From Eutreptiella sp. 'Long Island Sound 2002' (taxonomy: Eukaryota; Protista; Euglenida): a stretch of DNA of 64,000 bases. Within the stretch, counting starts at the first letter, position 1, and each line of letters starts with the position of its first letter. The stretch covers positions 43,710,001 through 43,774,000 of the forward strand of contig OZ038378.1 in assembly GCA_964036045.1 (NCBI GenBank), read 5' to 3'. This document shows, piece by piece, positions 12,856 through 25,175 of the stretch. The notes under the pieces are model-generated. The model had not been told where the DNA came from and did not search any database. It saw only the letters and a list, made by a program, of their open reading frames with translations. The translations under genes were made by a program, and so were the position numbers.

Positions 12856-13614
12856 TTAATGCTGTAGCTTCCTCATTACCTGCTCGCGCAAGGGTACGTG
12901 TGCCCCCCCCCCCCCTTTCCCCCCAAGGGACATAGTGGGATTCTGCTTCGTCCCCGATAGGGCCTGCTGGATTAGGGCCACGGCTGCACGAGCCGGCCCT
13001 AGATGGCCGTGAGGATCAGGGGTGGACGGGCCGATTCGACGGTTTTCGGCTTCGAGTTTGTCAACAATAGGGCTGATGGGCCCTGCCGCAAACATGTTCT
13101 TCTGCACCTGGGGCTGTGGCAACCCCCCCAACGACGGAGGGGTGTCAGAGTCGACCACGATGGGGCCCATGGGCGAGGCCATCGTACCCCAGTGGGCAGC
13201 GCGCGTGGGTGCAGCGTTCGTCCGCTCGATCACCCTGACAGATGGTTCGATTATTGCCCGATTCTTGGTGCTAATGACGGTTCCCGTGCCTTGAGAAGGC
13301 AATTGTGGTGCACTTAGCTCTCTTTGAGGGTGATTGTCCATTTCCCCCCCAACCAACCCAGGTACCCCAACCGCATCTAGAGGATGGGGGGCCCCGATGG
13401 GACCATTCCGGGATTTCGGAGACTTGGGATTTGTTGCCACTTGGGGCTTGGCCCGTTTTTGCGGCCCTTGTCCGGTCGATGGAGTAAGGGACGAGGAGGT
13501 CGTGAGGGCAGGGACCTGGACACCCTGAGCTATCCCTCCCGGGGAAGAGTTTTTGGTTTCGATTTGGTCCACGATTTCGAGGTCCGATCGCTTTCTGCGA
13601 TGCCAAGCCCCCAA
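12856..13614 (-). CDS. Pro/Gly/Ser-rich hypothetical ORF of the 2 kb unit (copies at 14639-15305, cut by the LINE, and 27913-28629)
   Basis: The ~240-250 codon frame stays open in all copies and starts just downstream (minus strand) of the motif array. No domain was recognised, and the copies are too similar to show selection. Confidence 0.35.
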   Translation of the reverse strand: MGAWHRRKRSDLEIVDQIETKNSSPGGIAQGVQVPALTTSSSLTPSTGQGPQKRAKPQVATNPKSPKSRNGPIGAPHPLDAVGVPGLVGGEMDNHPQRELSAPQLPSQGTGTVISTKNRAIIEPSVRVIERTNAAPTRAAHWGTMASPMGPIVVDSDTPPSLGGLPQPQVQKNMFAAGPISPIVDKLEAENRRIGPSTPDPHGHLGPARAAVALIQQALSGTKQNPTMSLGGKGGGGAHVPLREQVMRKLQH

Positions 13615-13644
13615 CAGAGACGAATGCGCTGAGGATAGGGAAAT

Positions 13645-14185
13645 AACACAACCACTTCGCGGTGGAGGGTTGAGCTACATATGCATGCATGCGCGGAGGA
13701 GGGGGAAAGAACACAACCACTTCGCGTTGGATGGTTGAGTGTGGCATGCATATGTGTGTCTACGTACTTCTATAACTAGTTATTCAGAAGGGATGGCACA
13801 ACCACTGACGCCTTAGGGTTGAGCGTCAACATACCTAATGTGAGGGAATGGATTGCTCAACCACTTCATTCCATGAGGGTTGAACCTGCACAACAACGGG
13901 GATAACCACTACTTCAGTGAGAGGGTAGAGAAAGACAAAGGAAGTCACCACCGCTTGACGTTGAGGATGGAGAGGTACGTATGAGGAAGGAAGTCACCAC
14001 CGCTTGACGTTGAGGGTGGAGAGATACGTGTGAGGAAGGGAAGTCACCACCTCTTGACGTTGAGGGTGAAGAGATACATGTGAGGAAGGGAAGTCACCAC
14101 CACTTGGGCTTAGGGTGGAGAGAGGCATTTGAAACTAATGATGGTGTGTAGAAATTCACCACCAATTCTTGGAGAGGGTAGGGAC
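13645..14185. repeat. Array of ~10 bipartite inverted-repeat motifs (CAACCAC/TCACCAC-N9-12-AGGGTTGA/AGGGTGGA); copies at ~26703-27245 and ~28697-29190
   Basis: Motifs listed directly from the sequence, spaced roughly 40-85 bp apart, including a 50 bp subrepeat present in 3, 3 and 2 copies. Confidence 0.85.
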
Positions 14186-15305
14186 GTGCCATACTTGTTA
14201 CAACTATGCGAGCACAAATAGCAATCATGGCAATAATCATTCACAAACACTTACGTGAGGTTTGAGACATACCAATCATGCTGGTTCCCCTTGCGTCTGT
14301 GCATGCACGGCGATGCGCTGTCCGTGTATCGGACTCGCGCAAGTAGTGCGCTCCCAGCTCGAATTCAGGTGTCAAGTACGGCCGCATGTGGTGAAATTCG
14401 TTCGAATGCAGAGCACCCTACGAAAAGGCAATCTAAACTCTTGAATAGCTCCGTCAAGAAACCAATTATCTCCAAGTGCGATGCTCTCTCCGAACTCTAC
14501 TTGCGTGGATTGCTTGATCCTGGCATCCAACATATCCATGCCAACCCAACCACGATATGTGATGCTTGCCATATCACTTGTAAGGATTGCTCGCTTTCCT
14601 TACCAATGCTACACTCCACCGCTACTTGGTTTCCCTCATTACCTGCTCGCGCAAGTGTACGTGTGCCCCCCCCCCCCCTCCCCCCCAAGGGACATGGTGG
14701 GATTCTGCTTCGTCCCCGATAGGGCCTGCTGGATTAGGGCCACGGCTGCACGAGCCGGCCCCAGATGGCCGTGAGGATCAGGGGTGGACGGGCCGATTCG
14801 ACGGTTTTCGGCTTCGAGTTGGTCAACAATAGGGCTGATGGGCCCTGCCGCAAACATGTTCTTCTGGACCTGGGGCTGTGGCAACCCCCCCAACGACGGA
14901 GGGGTGTCAGAGTCGACCACGATGGGGCCCATGGGCGAGGCCATCGTACCCCAGTGGGCAACGCGCGAGGGTGCAGCGTTCGTCCCCTCGATCACCCCGA
15001 TAGATGGTTCGATTATTGCCCGATTCTTGGTGCTAATGACGGTTCCCGTGCCTTGAGAAGGCAATTGTGGTCCACTTAGCTCTCTTTGAGGGTGGCTGTC
15101 CGTTTCCCCCCCAACCAACCCAGGTACCCCAACCGCATCTAGAGGATGGGGGGCCCCGATGGGAACATTCCGGGATTTTGGAGACTTGGGATTTGTTGCC
15201 ACTTGGGGCTTGGCTCGTTTTTGCGGCCCTTGTCCGGTCGATGGAGTAAGGGACGAAGAGGTCGTGAGGGCAGGGACCTGGACACCCTCAGCTATCCCTC
15301 CCGGG

Positions 15306-18300
15306 CAAGCCATGCCCGGGCCACACCCCCAAGGCGCAGACCTCCTGGGGTTCCTGAGCAAGCCCTCCGCAGAGCGGACCAACCCGAACCAGCACCGATC
15401 CTGGACCCGGAGGGGAACAAATATCACGCCCACTGGCAACGGGGGGTGCCCCTCTACCACAAGACGTCGGTCACGGTGCATGCCCACCCCGACCTCGGAG
15501 TGGATGGTCGCCTCGGGGCGTACGAGTGCGTGGGGCCCGGATGGCAGCTAAACGTGCTACTCACGCACGTCCCATTCGGGGAGGAGACCAAGGACTTCCT
15601 GGACACCCTGAGCCTGGCGTACCGCCGACTCTCCCTCCTGGCACCCACCATCATCATAGGCGACCTAAACGCCGCCCCCACCGACGACGACCGCACCGGC
15701 CCACCCACAGCCACCGACATAGCTGTCCGGGACGCCATGCACCAACTGGGCCTCACCGACCTCACGGCAGGACTCACCGGCACACCCTCCCATTACCCCC
15801 ACCAAGCCGGCACCCACCCATCCCGCATCGACACGTGCTACGGGGACCCAACCACGGTGCGCGTCCACGAAGCAGCCTACGGGGACCTCCCGCCCACAGG
15901 CACGGGCCACCGACCCCTCTACATCAACCTCATCATCCCCAACCTACCCCCACCCGCGGCCACCCTGCCAGACGACACCCTCCCACCCACACTGTCGTTC
16001 CCGGCCGAGGACGACCACGGCGCCTGGCACAGGTATAACAGAGCCCTACACGCCATCCTGCGCCGCCCGGATGCACCGACACTCACCACCGCCATGCGCC
16101 GGGCGGCACAAGCATGCGGCATGGAGCGTGACACCAGCCACACGGGAGCACCACCAGACCTCACCCTCCAACAACTCGTCCATGACATCTGGACCACGAA
16201 GGAGGACCTCGCCACACTGCTACGCCCCAGCACACCGGAGGCACGAGACCGGGACGCCCACCTCCGTGCGCTCCTCACCACCCGCCGCCACCAACTCCAG
16301 GAATGGCACGCCCACCGCATAGCGGCCGCAGCCCAGGAACGCGAAAGATACGGCAGAAACGACACGCCGTACAAGTCCCTGCGGTACGTCAGCCGCATAC
16401 TGGAGGACACGGGGCGCCGTACCATCCACGCGGTGCGCACCCCCGAAGGAGGCCTCACCAATGACCCCGACGCCGTCCTCCAGGCAGTCCTGGACAGCTT
16501 CCAGGCACAACACGGGGGCGCCCTCCCCGAGCTCGACCCCCACACCAGAAACACCATCCGCGAGCATGTGCCCAGGGTCTTCCACCGGGAACAGCAGGCG
16601 CCATCGAACACGACCCCTTCAGCATCTCAGAACTGCAACGCGCCCTAGACCGCCTGAAGAAGGGGGTCGTGCCCGGCGTCGACGGTTTGCCGGCCGAAGC
16701 GTACCAACGCCTCACCCTGCCCGTCAAACGCCGCCTGGCAGCCCGCCTGTGGGACATCGTCACGGGCGCCACGCCCATCCCCCCTGAGTGGGCCAACCTG
16801 GTCCACCCCCTCTACAAAAAGGGGGACGGGGCGCAGCCGGGGAACTGGCGGCCCATAGGCTGCGCCACCACCGAGGTCAAGCTGGCGTGGACGCTCATCC
16901 TAGGCCGCATCGCGCTGGCGGTCTTCGCCCACGTGCCCGCCAGCATGTGGGGAGCCATGGCCGGCAGGTCCCCCCACGAGGCCATCTTCCTCCAGGACAC
17001 CGCACTAGACATGAACCCCTACGAGATGATTATCGCCTCCCTCGATGTCCAAGGCGCGTTCCCCCACGCCCCACACCGGCTCCTCACGGAGGTATGGGAT
17101 GCCATGGGCCTCCCATTCCTATCCTTCATGACCGGGTACATCCAGACCCGACTCTACGCCGTCATCACAGCCGCAGGCCTCACCCCCTGGACCGGCACAG
17201 ACAGCGGGGTCCCCCAGGGAGGCGCCGAAGGCCCCTTCCTCTACCTCCTCGTCACCCTACCACTGGCATTCGAGCTAGCACGGGTATACCCGGGGTACGC
17301 CCCATACCCGCTGCGGTCCCCCCTCATCAACTTCGCGGACGACAACCTCCTAACTACGGCCACCCGCCACCGCGACCCTGAGAACGCAGGGCTACCAACG
17401 ACCACCGAGCAAGCGTCCGCCATTCTCCAACTCACCACAACCTACCTGGACGCCCACCAGCTCCTAGTGCACCCCCGCAAATCGGTCGGGCAGGCCGACG
17501 CCAGGACCCCCACCCCCCACATCCGGAAAGGCGAACCCCTACACCTGGAAGACACCACAGTCCACCTGGGAGTCACACAGGCCACGCGGCACCACCACAT
17601 CACACTCCCAAGCAAGCTGGAAGAGCGCCTCGCCCGGCTACCCCAAATTGCCAGGGGGGACCTCCTGTCTACGCAGGGCCTGGCGTACTTCATGGAAGCG
17701 GTGCTCAACGCGGCCATCGGGTACCAAGCCCTGCACCTCCCGCGCCCCCAAGACGCCCTTCGTCACGCTCGACAGCAAGTGACGAAGGCATGGGCGCAAC
17801 ACGGAGGCTGGCCCACGTCTTTCCCCAAGGAGGCCATGATGGCCCACTGGCGCTACTACGGAGACAATACAGGCGCCCTGGTCGACATGGCCTATGCCAA
17901 ACACGCAGCGCACCTCCTACACAGGGTGACACACAACCACCAACCTGCAGTTCGCGAGGCGGCAGCCATACGCATAAAAGAAGCGCAAATGGCCCGCAAC
18001 ACCTTCCCCCGGTGGATACTAGCGCAACACGGCGTCTCCACCTCCGTGGGCACTGGCATCTAGGCCCAGCTACAACTCCTCCTACCGCACCACACAGACG
18101 CCATCCTGACAAACCACCACTGCGATCAACAGGGGCCACTCGTGGCCACGCACACCGACATCCACCGACACCCGGCAGGCGAGGTGGACACCCTGCGCCT
18201 CGTGGGGGCCACCGTCACCATCCTGTATATCACCCCAACACAGATGAGGATCATGGCCCAATGCGACGCCCACCACGCCCCGTTCCTTTCCGACCCACAA

Positions 18301-20493
18301 TGGCCAGCACGCCACGTCTTCCAAGCGTACCTCCGCGCATGTGCTACGAAGGCAGGGCGCGACATGCCGGGGCCCAAGGACATCGACACGGCGTACACAG
18401 CCTTCCAGCGCCAGCACCCCCGGCCCCGCCCGAGCGAGCACGAGACCCCCAACGACGGCGGCAAGACGAAGGAGGAGCCCACCCCGTCAGCCGAAGGCTG
18501 GACACCACCCACCATCCTGCTACTAGCACCAAACGGCCACAAACATGCTACCCGCACTGTCCAGCGACACCATGCCCCCTGGTCCATCCCCAAACACAAT
18601 GCACCGGAGACCGATGTACCACCAGTTAGACACAGTGACCAGGGCATACCACGCACGTGTTGGCACTGCGGCCCGGCAGCCCTCGACACTCCGTGGCCCC
18701 TGCTACACCTCATCTCCACCCACTACCACACCCCCACCGCCGCCGCCACCGCCGACCAGCAGGCATGGCTCTCCCCCTGGTTTCACACGGTACCCCCAGA
18801 CCACCCAGCGCACGTAGCTTGGACCCGAACACCCACGGCGACATGGACGTTCACCAACGAGCGGGCAGACCCGGACAGCGTGGCCATAGAGTACGACCGC
18901 TGCGACCCACACCGCGCAGGACCTCAGGAGGCACCCATGCGCCCCCTACAGCACAAATGCCCCACCCTCCGCGGCGACAAAGACGACAAGAAGCGGCGAC
19001 AGACCATCACGTTCTAGAGGTTCCACCCCAATACGGGATACCTCTTCCACCTGATGTACGCGTATATCACCCAGGGGCGCCCAGACAGGGGCCTCCTCCG
19101 CCTCACCCCACGAGCCCAGGCCATCATCACCCAGGGGATAGGCGTCTATGCAGCGCCACTACTACAACCCACGCAAATCACGGCCAGAACCGCCCAAGGG
19201 AACCCCATCTACGTCTATCACCCCACAGCAATTGCCCGCCTACCCATACCCAGCGACACCGACATCATCTACTTCACTGACGCATCCGGCACCCAGCAAC
19301 GCACCCCCACGGTCGGTTGCGCCTCCGTGCGCATCACCCGGCACGCGGACGGCCTCCACGTGGAACACCACACCGGGGCCACCATCTTTGGGGCGTCCTC
19401 CCACGGCGAACTGCGCACCATGGCAGACGCCGTCACCGCCACAGCGCCACCCACAACGATCCGGCCCCGCCACATCTGGGTAGTCGTGGACGCCACGGTC
19501 GACATCCACCTCACCAGGCGCCTTGCGGACCTGCCCCTCCACAAGGCACTCGAGTCCGGCCTCACCACACAAGCGTTGGAACTATGGATGGCCTTCAGGG
19601 GCATGCACCCCCAGGACGCCCTACACATCGTCAAACAGGAGTCACACCGCTACGCATACGGCAATGGACGCGCAGACACGCAGGCCAAACACCAGAACAC
19701 CAGCCGGACCCCAGGGCTCGAACACGTGCGACTGGACACCCCACACCACAGCCACCTGCAGCACCTGCCCCCGATACCCCCGGCCACACAGCCCCCCCAA
19801 TGGATGCCCGAGGACACGCCGTACACAGATCGAGACAAGCAGTACCACTACCCCACACCCATCCAGCAACTGGCCACCACACTGGGCCACCCAGCGAACA
19901 CCGAACTCCTCCGACGCCTCGAAGACTCCGTCCACACCCCCCTCTACTACTCCGCCCTGCGCCCGGATAGCCTCCCAGCACACCTACAAAAACCCCGACT
20001 CCAACTCGCCCTCGAACAGCTTCCCCTCCTCACCCGATACCACCGATGGTATGCGCGCCGCTCGATCCACGTCCCCGCAGGATACACCAAATGCATCTGT
20101 AGCCACACGGAAGAAGAAACCTGGGACCACTTCAAGGTGTGCCCCCTGTACAGAGGACTGGACACCCTCACAGACTGGAACCCAACCCACACCATCGCAC
20201 AGCACGCCGGATGGCTGACGCAGTCCCCGGCGACCCAGCAACTCACCACCGTCCTCAAGCAGGCGGAGGTACTCGAGGCGGTCCGCAGGGGACTCGTCTC
20301 CACTGCCGTCTACACCTTGCTACGCACCCACGCGGAGGACCCCCAGGCCACGGCGGCGCGCATGCAGCGGACGGCCGTTGCCAAGACAGCGGAGCAGCTC
20401 ACATACCGCACCCACAAATACCTGCAGCATGCAGCAACCCTGCTCCAAACAGACCAAGCCCACCTCCTCAAACTCCTGTTCTACCAACCATGA
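15306..20493 (+). pseudogene. pol ORF (~1730 codons): AP endonuclease, reverse transcriptase, RNase H, C-terminal Zn knuckle
   Basis: APE: IIIGDLNA, SRIDTCY, GHRPL. RT: PGVDGLP, YKKGD..PGNWRPI, LDVQGAFP, GVPQGG, FADD. RNase H: YFTDASG, HGELR, VVVDA, GNGRADTQA. Zn knuckle: CICSHTEEETWDHFKVC. There is one frameshift near 16600, a probable second near the truncated 5' end, and in-frame TAG stops at 18061 and 19015. Confidence 0.95.
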
Positions 20494-20611
20494 GAACCTA
20501 CCCCGTGACATACCAACACGGAACCCCCACCACGTCTACACACCGTCCACCGAGCACAACACTGGCACGGCACACACGGGCACCACAGGCACCGCACACA
20601 CTCCCACCAGC

Positions 20612-21518
20612 ATGCGCGCGCCACCAGCCCCCATCCCCCCACGCCGCCGTCCGTCCACAGGTACCACTAACCGCCAGCCACCGCATGTCCCCTCTGCGTA
20701 CGCCAGCGGCTACTACAGACGGCCCTGCCCTGCAACCCAGACCACTGGGTCTGCCTGGGAGCCGCGCACCGCCTCACCCACTGCCCCCACTGCGGGGACC
20801 TCAACCCCCACCACCGCGGGCGGCCCGCGGCCCCAGCCGCACCCCCCCCCCCGCCAGCCACCCCAGCTTCTTCGGGTTCCTCACCGACACCCTCCGGGAC
20901 CACCTGGGAGGGTACTACGTGGCGGACGCGGCGGACCACGCATGGACCATAGCCGTGGCCACGGGCAGCACACCCCTGCCCCCCCACAGCCCACCCTTAC
21001 GCCACAGCGGAGGCGGCTTGAACGTGGCGGCCCGCCACATCCTCCTCGCCCTATACCTCCACCACTGTGACCTACACCTCCCAGACCCACAACTCCCGGC
21101 CCCCCAAGCAGCAGCCCTGACGCCAGAAGCGTGGGCGGACACGGCACCCGAGGAGATAGCAGCCTACCTCCGAATCACTTGCCGCCGGTTCAACACCGCC
21201 CTCGGGCGACGGAAGGGAACACCTTACCCACTCAGCGCACTCCTCTACCCGGCACACCACCTCCACCCCGCACAACAGAAGCCCCCGGAGGGCTGGGCGT
21301 CTTTTAGGGACGCCCACCTGGCCGCCCCCGACGAGGCCACCGCCACACGGATGGGCCTCACGGACCAGGAAACCTACGTCAGAGGCCTCAAGACGAGCCT
21401 CCAAGAGGCACACCGCTGGCACGCCCGCTCCCCGTCGCCCCCAAGGGGACAGGGGGATTCACCCGCCCCCGACACACACCAGGCCAAGAAGACCAAGACA
21501 GGTCAGGGTGCCCGCTAG
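20612..21518 (+). pseudogene. Cargo ORF A: RING finger (C3HC4/IAP-like) followed by a helical domain of unknown function; two frameshifts
   Basis: 20686-20793 translates to CPLCVRQRLLQTALPCNPDHWVCLGAAHRLTHCPHC, with 7 of 8 Zn ligands. It joins the upstream frame (ATG 20612) and the downstream frame (SFFGFLTDTLRDHLGGYY..., stop 21518) through inferred 1 nt slips, the second in a poly-C run. Confidence 0.65.
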
Positions 21519-22221
21519 CGCGCCCGCCAGCAGGGCGCGACGCCCCGACCAGGGCCGGGGTCCAGCCACACCGCACCACCCCACGCCCAGACCCCCGGGG
21601 CACACCAACAACACCGCCCCCGCCAGCGCCCACCACCACCACCGTACCGCAGCACCCAAACCCTGCAGCCCAGTCAGCCACTACCGCCCACACACGTCCA
21701 CACCATGCCAGGACCACCATACGCGCAGAGCCAGGGGACATGGCACCACCAACACCACCACCACGCCCCCGTCCCTCCCAACCCCTACCCCCTAATGCCC
21801 CCATGCTACAGCGACCCCCACCAGTTACATCCCCACCACGCCCCAGCACAACCGGGCCCCACGAACCACCCACCCCACATGGCACACATCACCGCACCAC
21901 ACCATCACGTATTCCACCACCACCAGCCCCTACCACCACACCCACCAACGCCGGGGTACCACACACAACCAGCACACCCTCAACACCACCACCACGCGGT
22001 CCAGCAACACCCGCCGCCCCCGCTACACGGGCCCACGACACACGAGCCACGGTACACCCCCATAGACCCGCGGGAAGCCGCGCACGCACACCAGCAACAC
22101 CAGGGCCTAGTAGGAGCGCCCCACCACCACCAGCAGCCCCCCCACCCACACCCCATACCAGCGAGCACCATCCACCAGCAGCCACCCATTACATACGGAC
22201 CACAGCCCCACCCGGACGCCC

Positions 22222-23721
22222 ATGCGGCCGCCTCCCACCCACACCCCGGCACCACAACCAGTCAAGAACCGCAAGGACCGCACGGCGCACACACGCAACA
22301 CCCACACGACCCACAGGGACGCCCAGACCGCCAGCCAGCACAACACCCACCCCCGCCCCCCCCACCACCAACAGCGCCACCCCCACACCACCCCCCTCCG
22401 CCCCCCCCCCCCCCCCCCCGGAGACAAGGCCACGGACGCAACACGCGGCAGCCAGCACCAGCCAATTGACGTCGATGCCCCCGCCGACACACGCCACCGC
22501 GAATTCCCCCTCCCGCGACCGCCACAAGAGACCCCATCACCGGACCCCACGCGCGACAACGACGACCACCCCCCCCAACCCACACCACTCCCCCCATCAC
22601 ACCCCGCACCACCAGCCGCCGCACCGGCCGAACCCTACGCCCTACACAACCCCGCAGCGGTACGGCAGCACCTCCGGGGACTCGAGGAACAGGACGTGCT
22701 GTGCCTCCGCACCTCCGGCACCAGCACCCGCATCCGGGCGGCCACCCTGGTCCAGGCGGCCACCCTGGGGGAAGGCGTCCGAGACTTCCTCTTCGACGCC
22801 TTCCTCCACGTCGCCCGACACGACCGCCCCCCACGCGCCACCCCGGACGGCGAGAGCCCGCCCCCCACGGGGAGCCGGATCTGGGTGCCCCCCATCGACT
22901 GGGGGCGACACCTAGTCGGACACCCCGTGCCGGAGCGGGACAGCACCCAGGGCCGCACCCGCTACCGCGAGCCCAACATGGCCCACCCCCCACCCGGCGC
23001 CACCCCCGACAACACCAAAGAGTGGGAGCGGGAAACATGGGTGGCCCGGATGGCCTCCCTGAGCAACTTCCGGCACCACGTCCCGGGGGACATCCCCACC
23101 CCCGACGAGCGGCAGCCAGCCCCCTCCACGTACATGACCCTCATGTACAATCTGCACTACACCCTCTCCACCACCCACTACCACGCACGCACTGACCACT
23201 GGGTGGTACACGGCACCGACTCCCTCCTCCCCGCCGACTACGCCCCCCCCCCACACAACCCAGGCCTCGACACGTACGCCAGGGGGGACGACCCGGACGA
23301 CCCCCACATCTGGGGCACGTGGGAACGCAAATCCCTGGACACGCTGCTCTCCATCCGCAGCGGCAGCCAGGGCCTTGGTAGGGCGATGTATTGCCTCGCC
23401 AAGTGGACCCAACGGACCTGGGGGATCCCCACGGACCGGTGGGTGTGGGTGGTCACGCTGCGCCCCCAGCAGAGGGAAGCCCCCCCAAACCGCAGGGGAC
23501 CCACCCCCCCACGCCCCACCACCCTACAGCTCTGCCCATACATGGTGGCGGCCTGCCTCATGGCGCTGCTGTGGCCGGGCCCAGACACCCCCACCCAAAA
23601 CTACCCCCACCTCACAGAGGAGGACATGCCCGGCATCCAGCGATGCTTCTTCCGCACCCTCGACTACCTCCAGCAAACACACCCGCACGTCCTGGAGCAG
23701 ATATGGCCACCCCCCGGGTAA
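22222..23721 (+). CDS. Cargo ORF B: disordered Pro/Thr-rich N-terminus and a Ulp1/SENP (peptidase C48)-like cysteine protease domain
   Basis: Motifs occur in C48 order: GEGVRDFLFDAFL, IWVPPIDW, YNLHYTL (His 23155), HGTDSL (Asp 23218), RPQQ (23464-23472), LCPYMVAACL (Cys 23533). The true start is probably the ATG at 21740 via a poly-C slip near 22400. Confidence 0.6.
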   Translation: MRPPPTHTPAPQPVKNRKDRTAHTRNTHTTHRDAQTASQHNTHPRPPHHQQRHPHTTPLRPPPPPPGDKATDATRGSQHQPIDVDAPADTRHREFPLPRPPQETPSPDPTRDNDDHPPQPTPLPPSHPAPPAAAPAEPYALHNPAAVRQHLRGLEEQDVLCLRTSGTSTRIRAATLVQAATLGEGVRDFLFDAFLHVARHDRPPRATPDGESPPPTGSRIWVPPIDWGRHLVGHPVPERDSTQGRTRYREPNMAHPPPGATPDNTKEWERETWVARMASLSNFRHHVPGDIPTPDERQPAPSTYMTLMYNLHYTLSTTHYHARTDHWVVHGTDSLLPADYAPPPHNPGLDTYARGDDPDDPHIWGTWERKSLDTLLSIRSGSQGLGRAMYCLAKWTQRTWGIPTDRWVWVVTLRPQQREAPPNRRGPTPPRPTTLQLCPYMVAACLMALLWPGPDTPTQNYPHLTEEDMPGIQRCFFRTLDYLQQTHPHVLEQIWPPPG

Positions 23722-24198
23722 CCCACGTGCCCGCGCAGCCGAGACAACGCCGCCACACCAGCACCAGCACGCACGGATCACCAGGGAAAACGCGCGCACA
23801 CGCCCGGTGCCCGAACCCGCACCCTCGTTGTCGCTACTTGCAGGACCCAGCATCATACGCCCGCCCCCGAAGCCCAGGACCCTCCGCCGTCTCCCTCAGC
23901 CCTCTCCTCCGCCTCCGACTCCACAACCTCCACCACCACGACCACCTCATCCACCACCACCACCACGTCCTCATCCAGCACTCCACCCCCCAGGCCGCGG
24001 GGGACACCTCCCAAACGGGCCCCCGAACCCGCCCCCACCGCGAGCAACCCCGCCGCCGCCAAGGCCCACGCCCCGACGAGGCCCACACCCGCGACCCAGC
24101 CGAAACCCAAGACCGCCGCCAAACAGCCACCCAAACCCGTCAGCGCGCCACGACCGCAACCCGCAGCCAAGCCCAAACCCAAGTCCAAACCCGGCGCC

Positions 24199-25175
24199 AT
24201 GACGGCAGCGCGAGCCGGGCCCCCCGAGGACGTCCTCTATGACATTCGGCCCCAGCCGTCCCAGGCCCGGAGGCAGCAGCGCCCAGCACGGCGCCCCCCC
24301 ACCGTCACCGCCGCCGCCGCCACCACCTTCATAGCGGAGCGCGCCGCGGCCGAAGCACGACGCACCTCGTCCCGCCACCTCTCAAAGCCCGCACCCCAAG
24401 CCCACGGACCGCCCCCGACCAGGCCACAACGACGCCAGGGTCCGCCAGCAGCGTCCCCGCCCCCCTACCAACCCTCGATGACAGCCCACATACAGCGCAT
24501 GCCCCACTACCGCCGCCGCCGCGAGTCCCCGCCCAACCCCGAGGCGGAGACCGTGCGCGCACACTCGCGGGTCCACATCCGCGCACGCCTCCACTCCCCG
24601 CGCACCCCCACGGAACAGGACTACAAGGAATCCCCCAGGCCCGCCACCGCCACCGGTCCCCACGACCCCGTCACACCCACCCACGCCCACTCCTCCGCCC
24701 AAGACCGCAGGCCCGCCCAGGGACAGTGGTGGCAGGCTGGACCCACACGCAGCTCTGGGAGCTGCGAAAGTGGGCCCGGGGAGAGCCCTCCCTCGAGGGC
24801 CTGGTCCATCGGCCCCGCAAGGGGTCGGTGGAGAACTGCCGCCTCCGGCCGGCGGGGGGGTGGATGCCACAGGCCGCATGGGAAGCCATGCTGGCCGATG
24901 CGCTCCACCCCCTGGGAGTCCACCCCCGCAACCTCCCCGCGCCCCAGGACCACCCGTATGTCCTCAGGCGCCTGCGGGAGACCCTCCAGGAGACACAGCG
25001 AGACGGCATCCGCCTATGGGACATCACCCAAAGCCCAGCCCCGCACACACACCCCCCCTCACCACCCCACAAGCGTCGGCGCACCGACACCGGCGGCACC
25101 CACAGCACCCCAGGAGCCCTGCGCACCACACAACACGACGCGCCTGACCCCCCGGCCAGCGGCGCCGCCACCTAA
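24199..25175 (+). pseudogene. Cargo ORF C: disordered region and a small Trp-rich globular domain, unknown function; one frameshift near 24735
   Basis: Frame 24199 runs to GQWWQAG, then frame 24726 continues WTHTQLWELRKWARGEPSLEGLVHRPRKG...WEAMLADALHPLG...LRETLQETQRDGIRLWDI to a stop at 25175. Confidence 0.4.

Noticed and set aside
13628-13645. CTGAGGA-tagg-GAAA as a hammerhead core in the 2 kb unit
   Set aside because: No helix II pairing, and no compatible helix III or NUH site downstream.
13645-14185. CRISPR array or protein repeat interpretation of the motif array
   Set aside because: The repeats are too degenerate, spacer lengths are irregular, there are no cas genes and the context is eukaryotic. 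Inner spacers of 9-12 nt break any reading frame.
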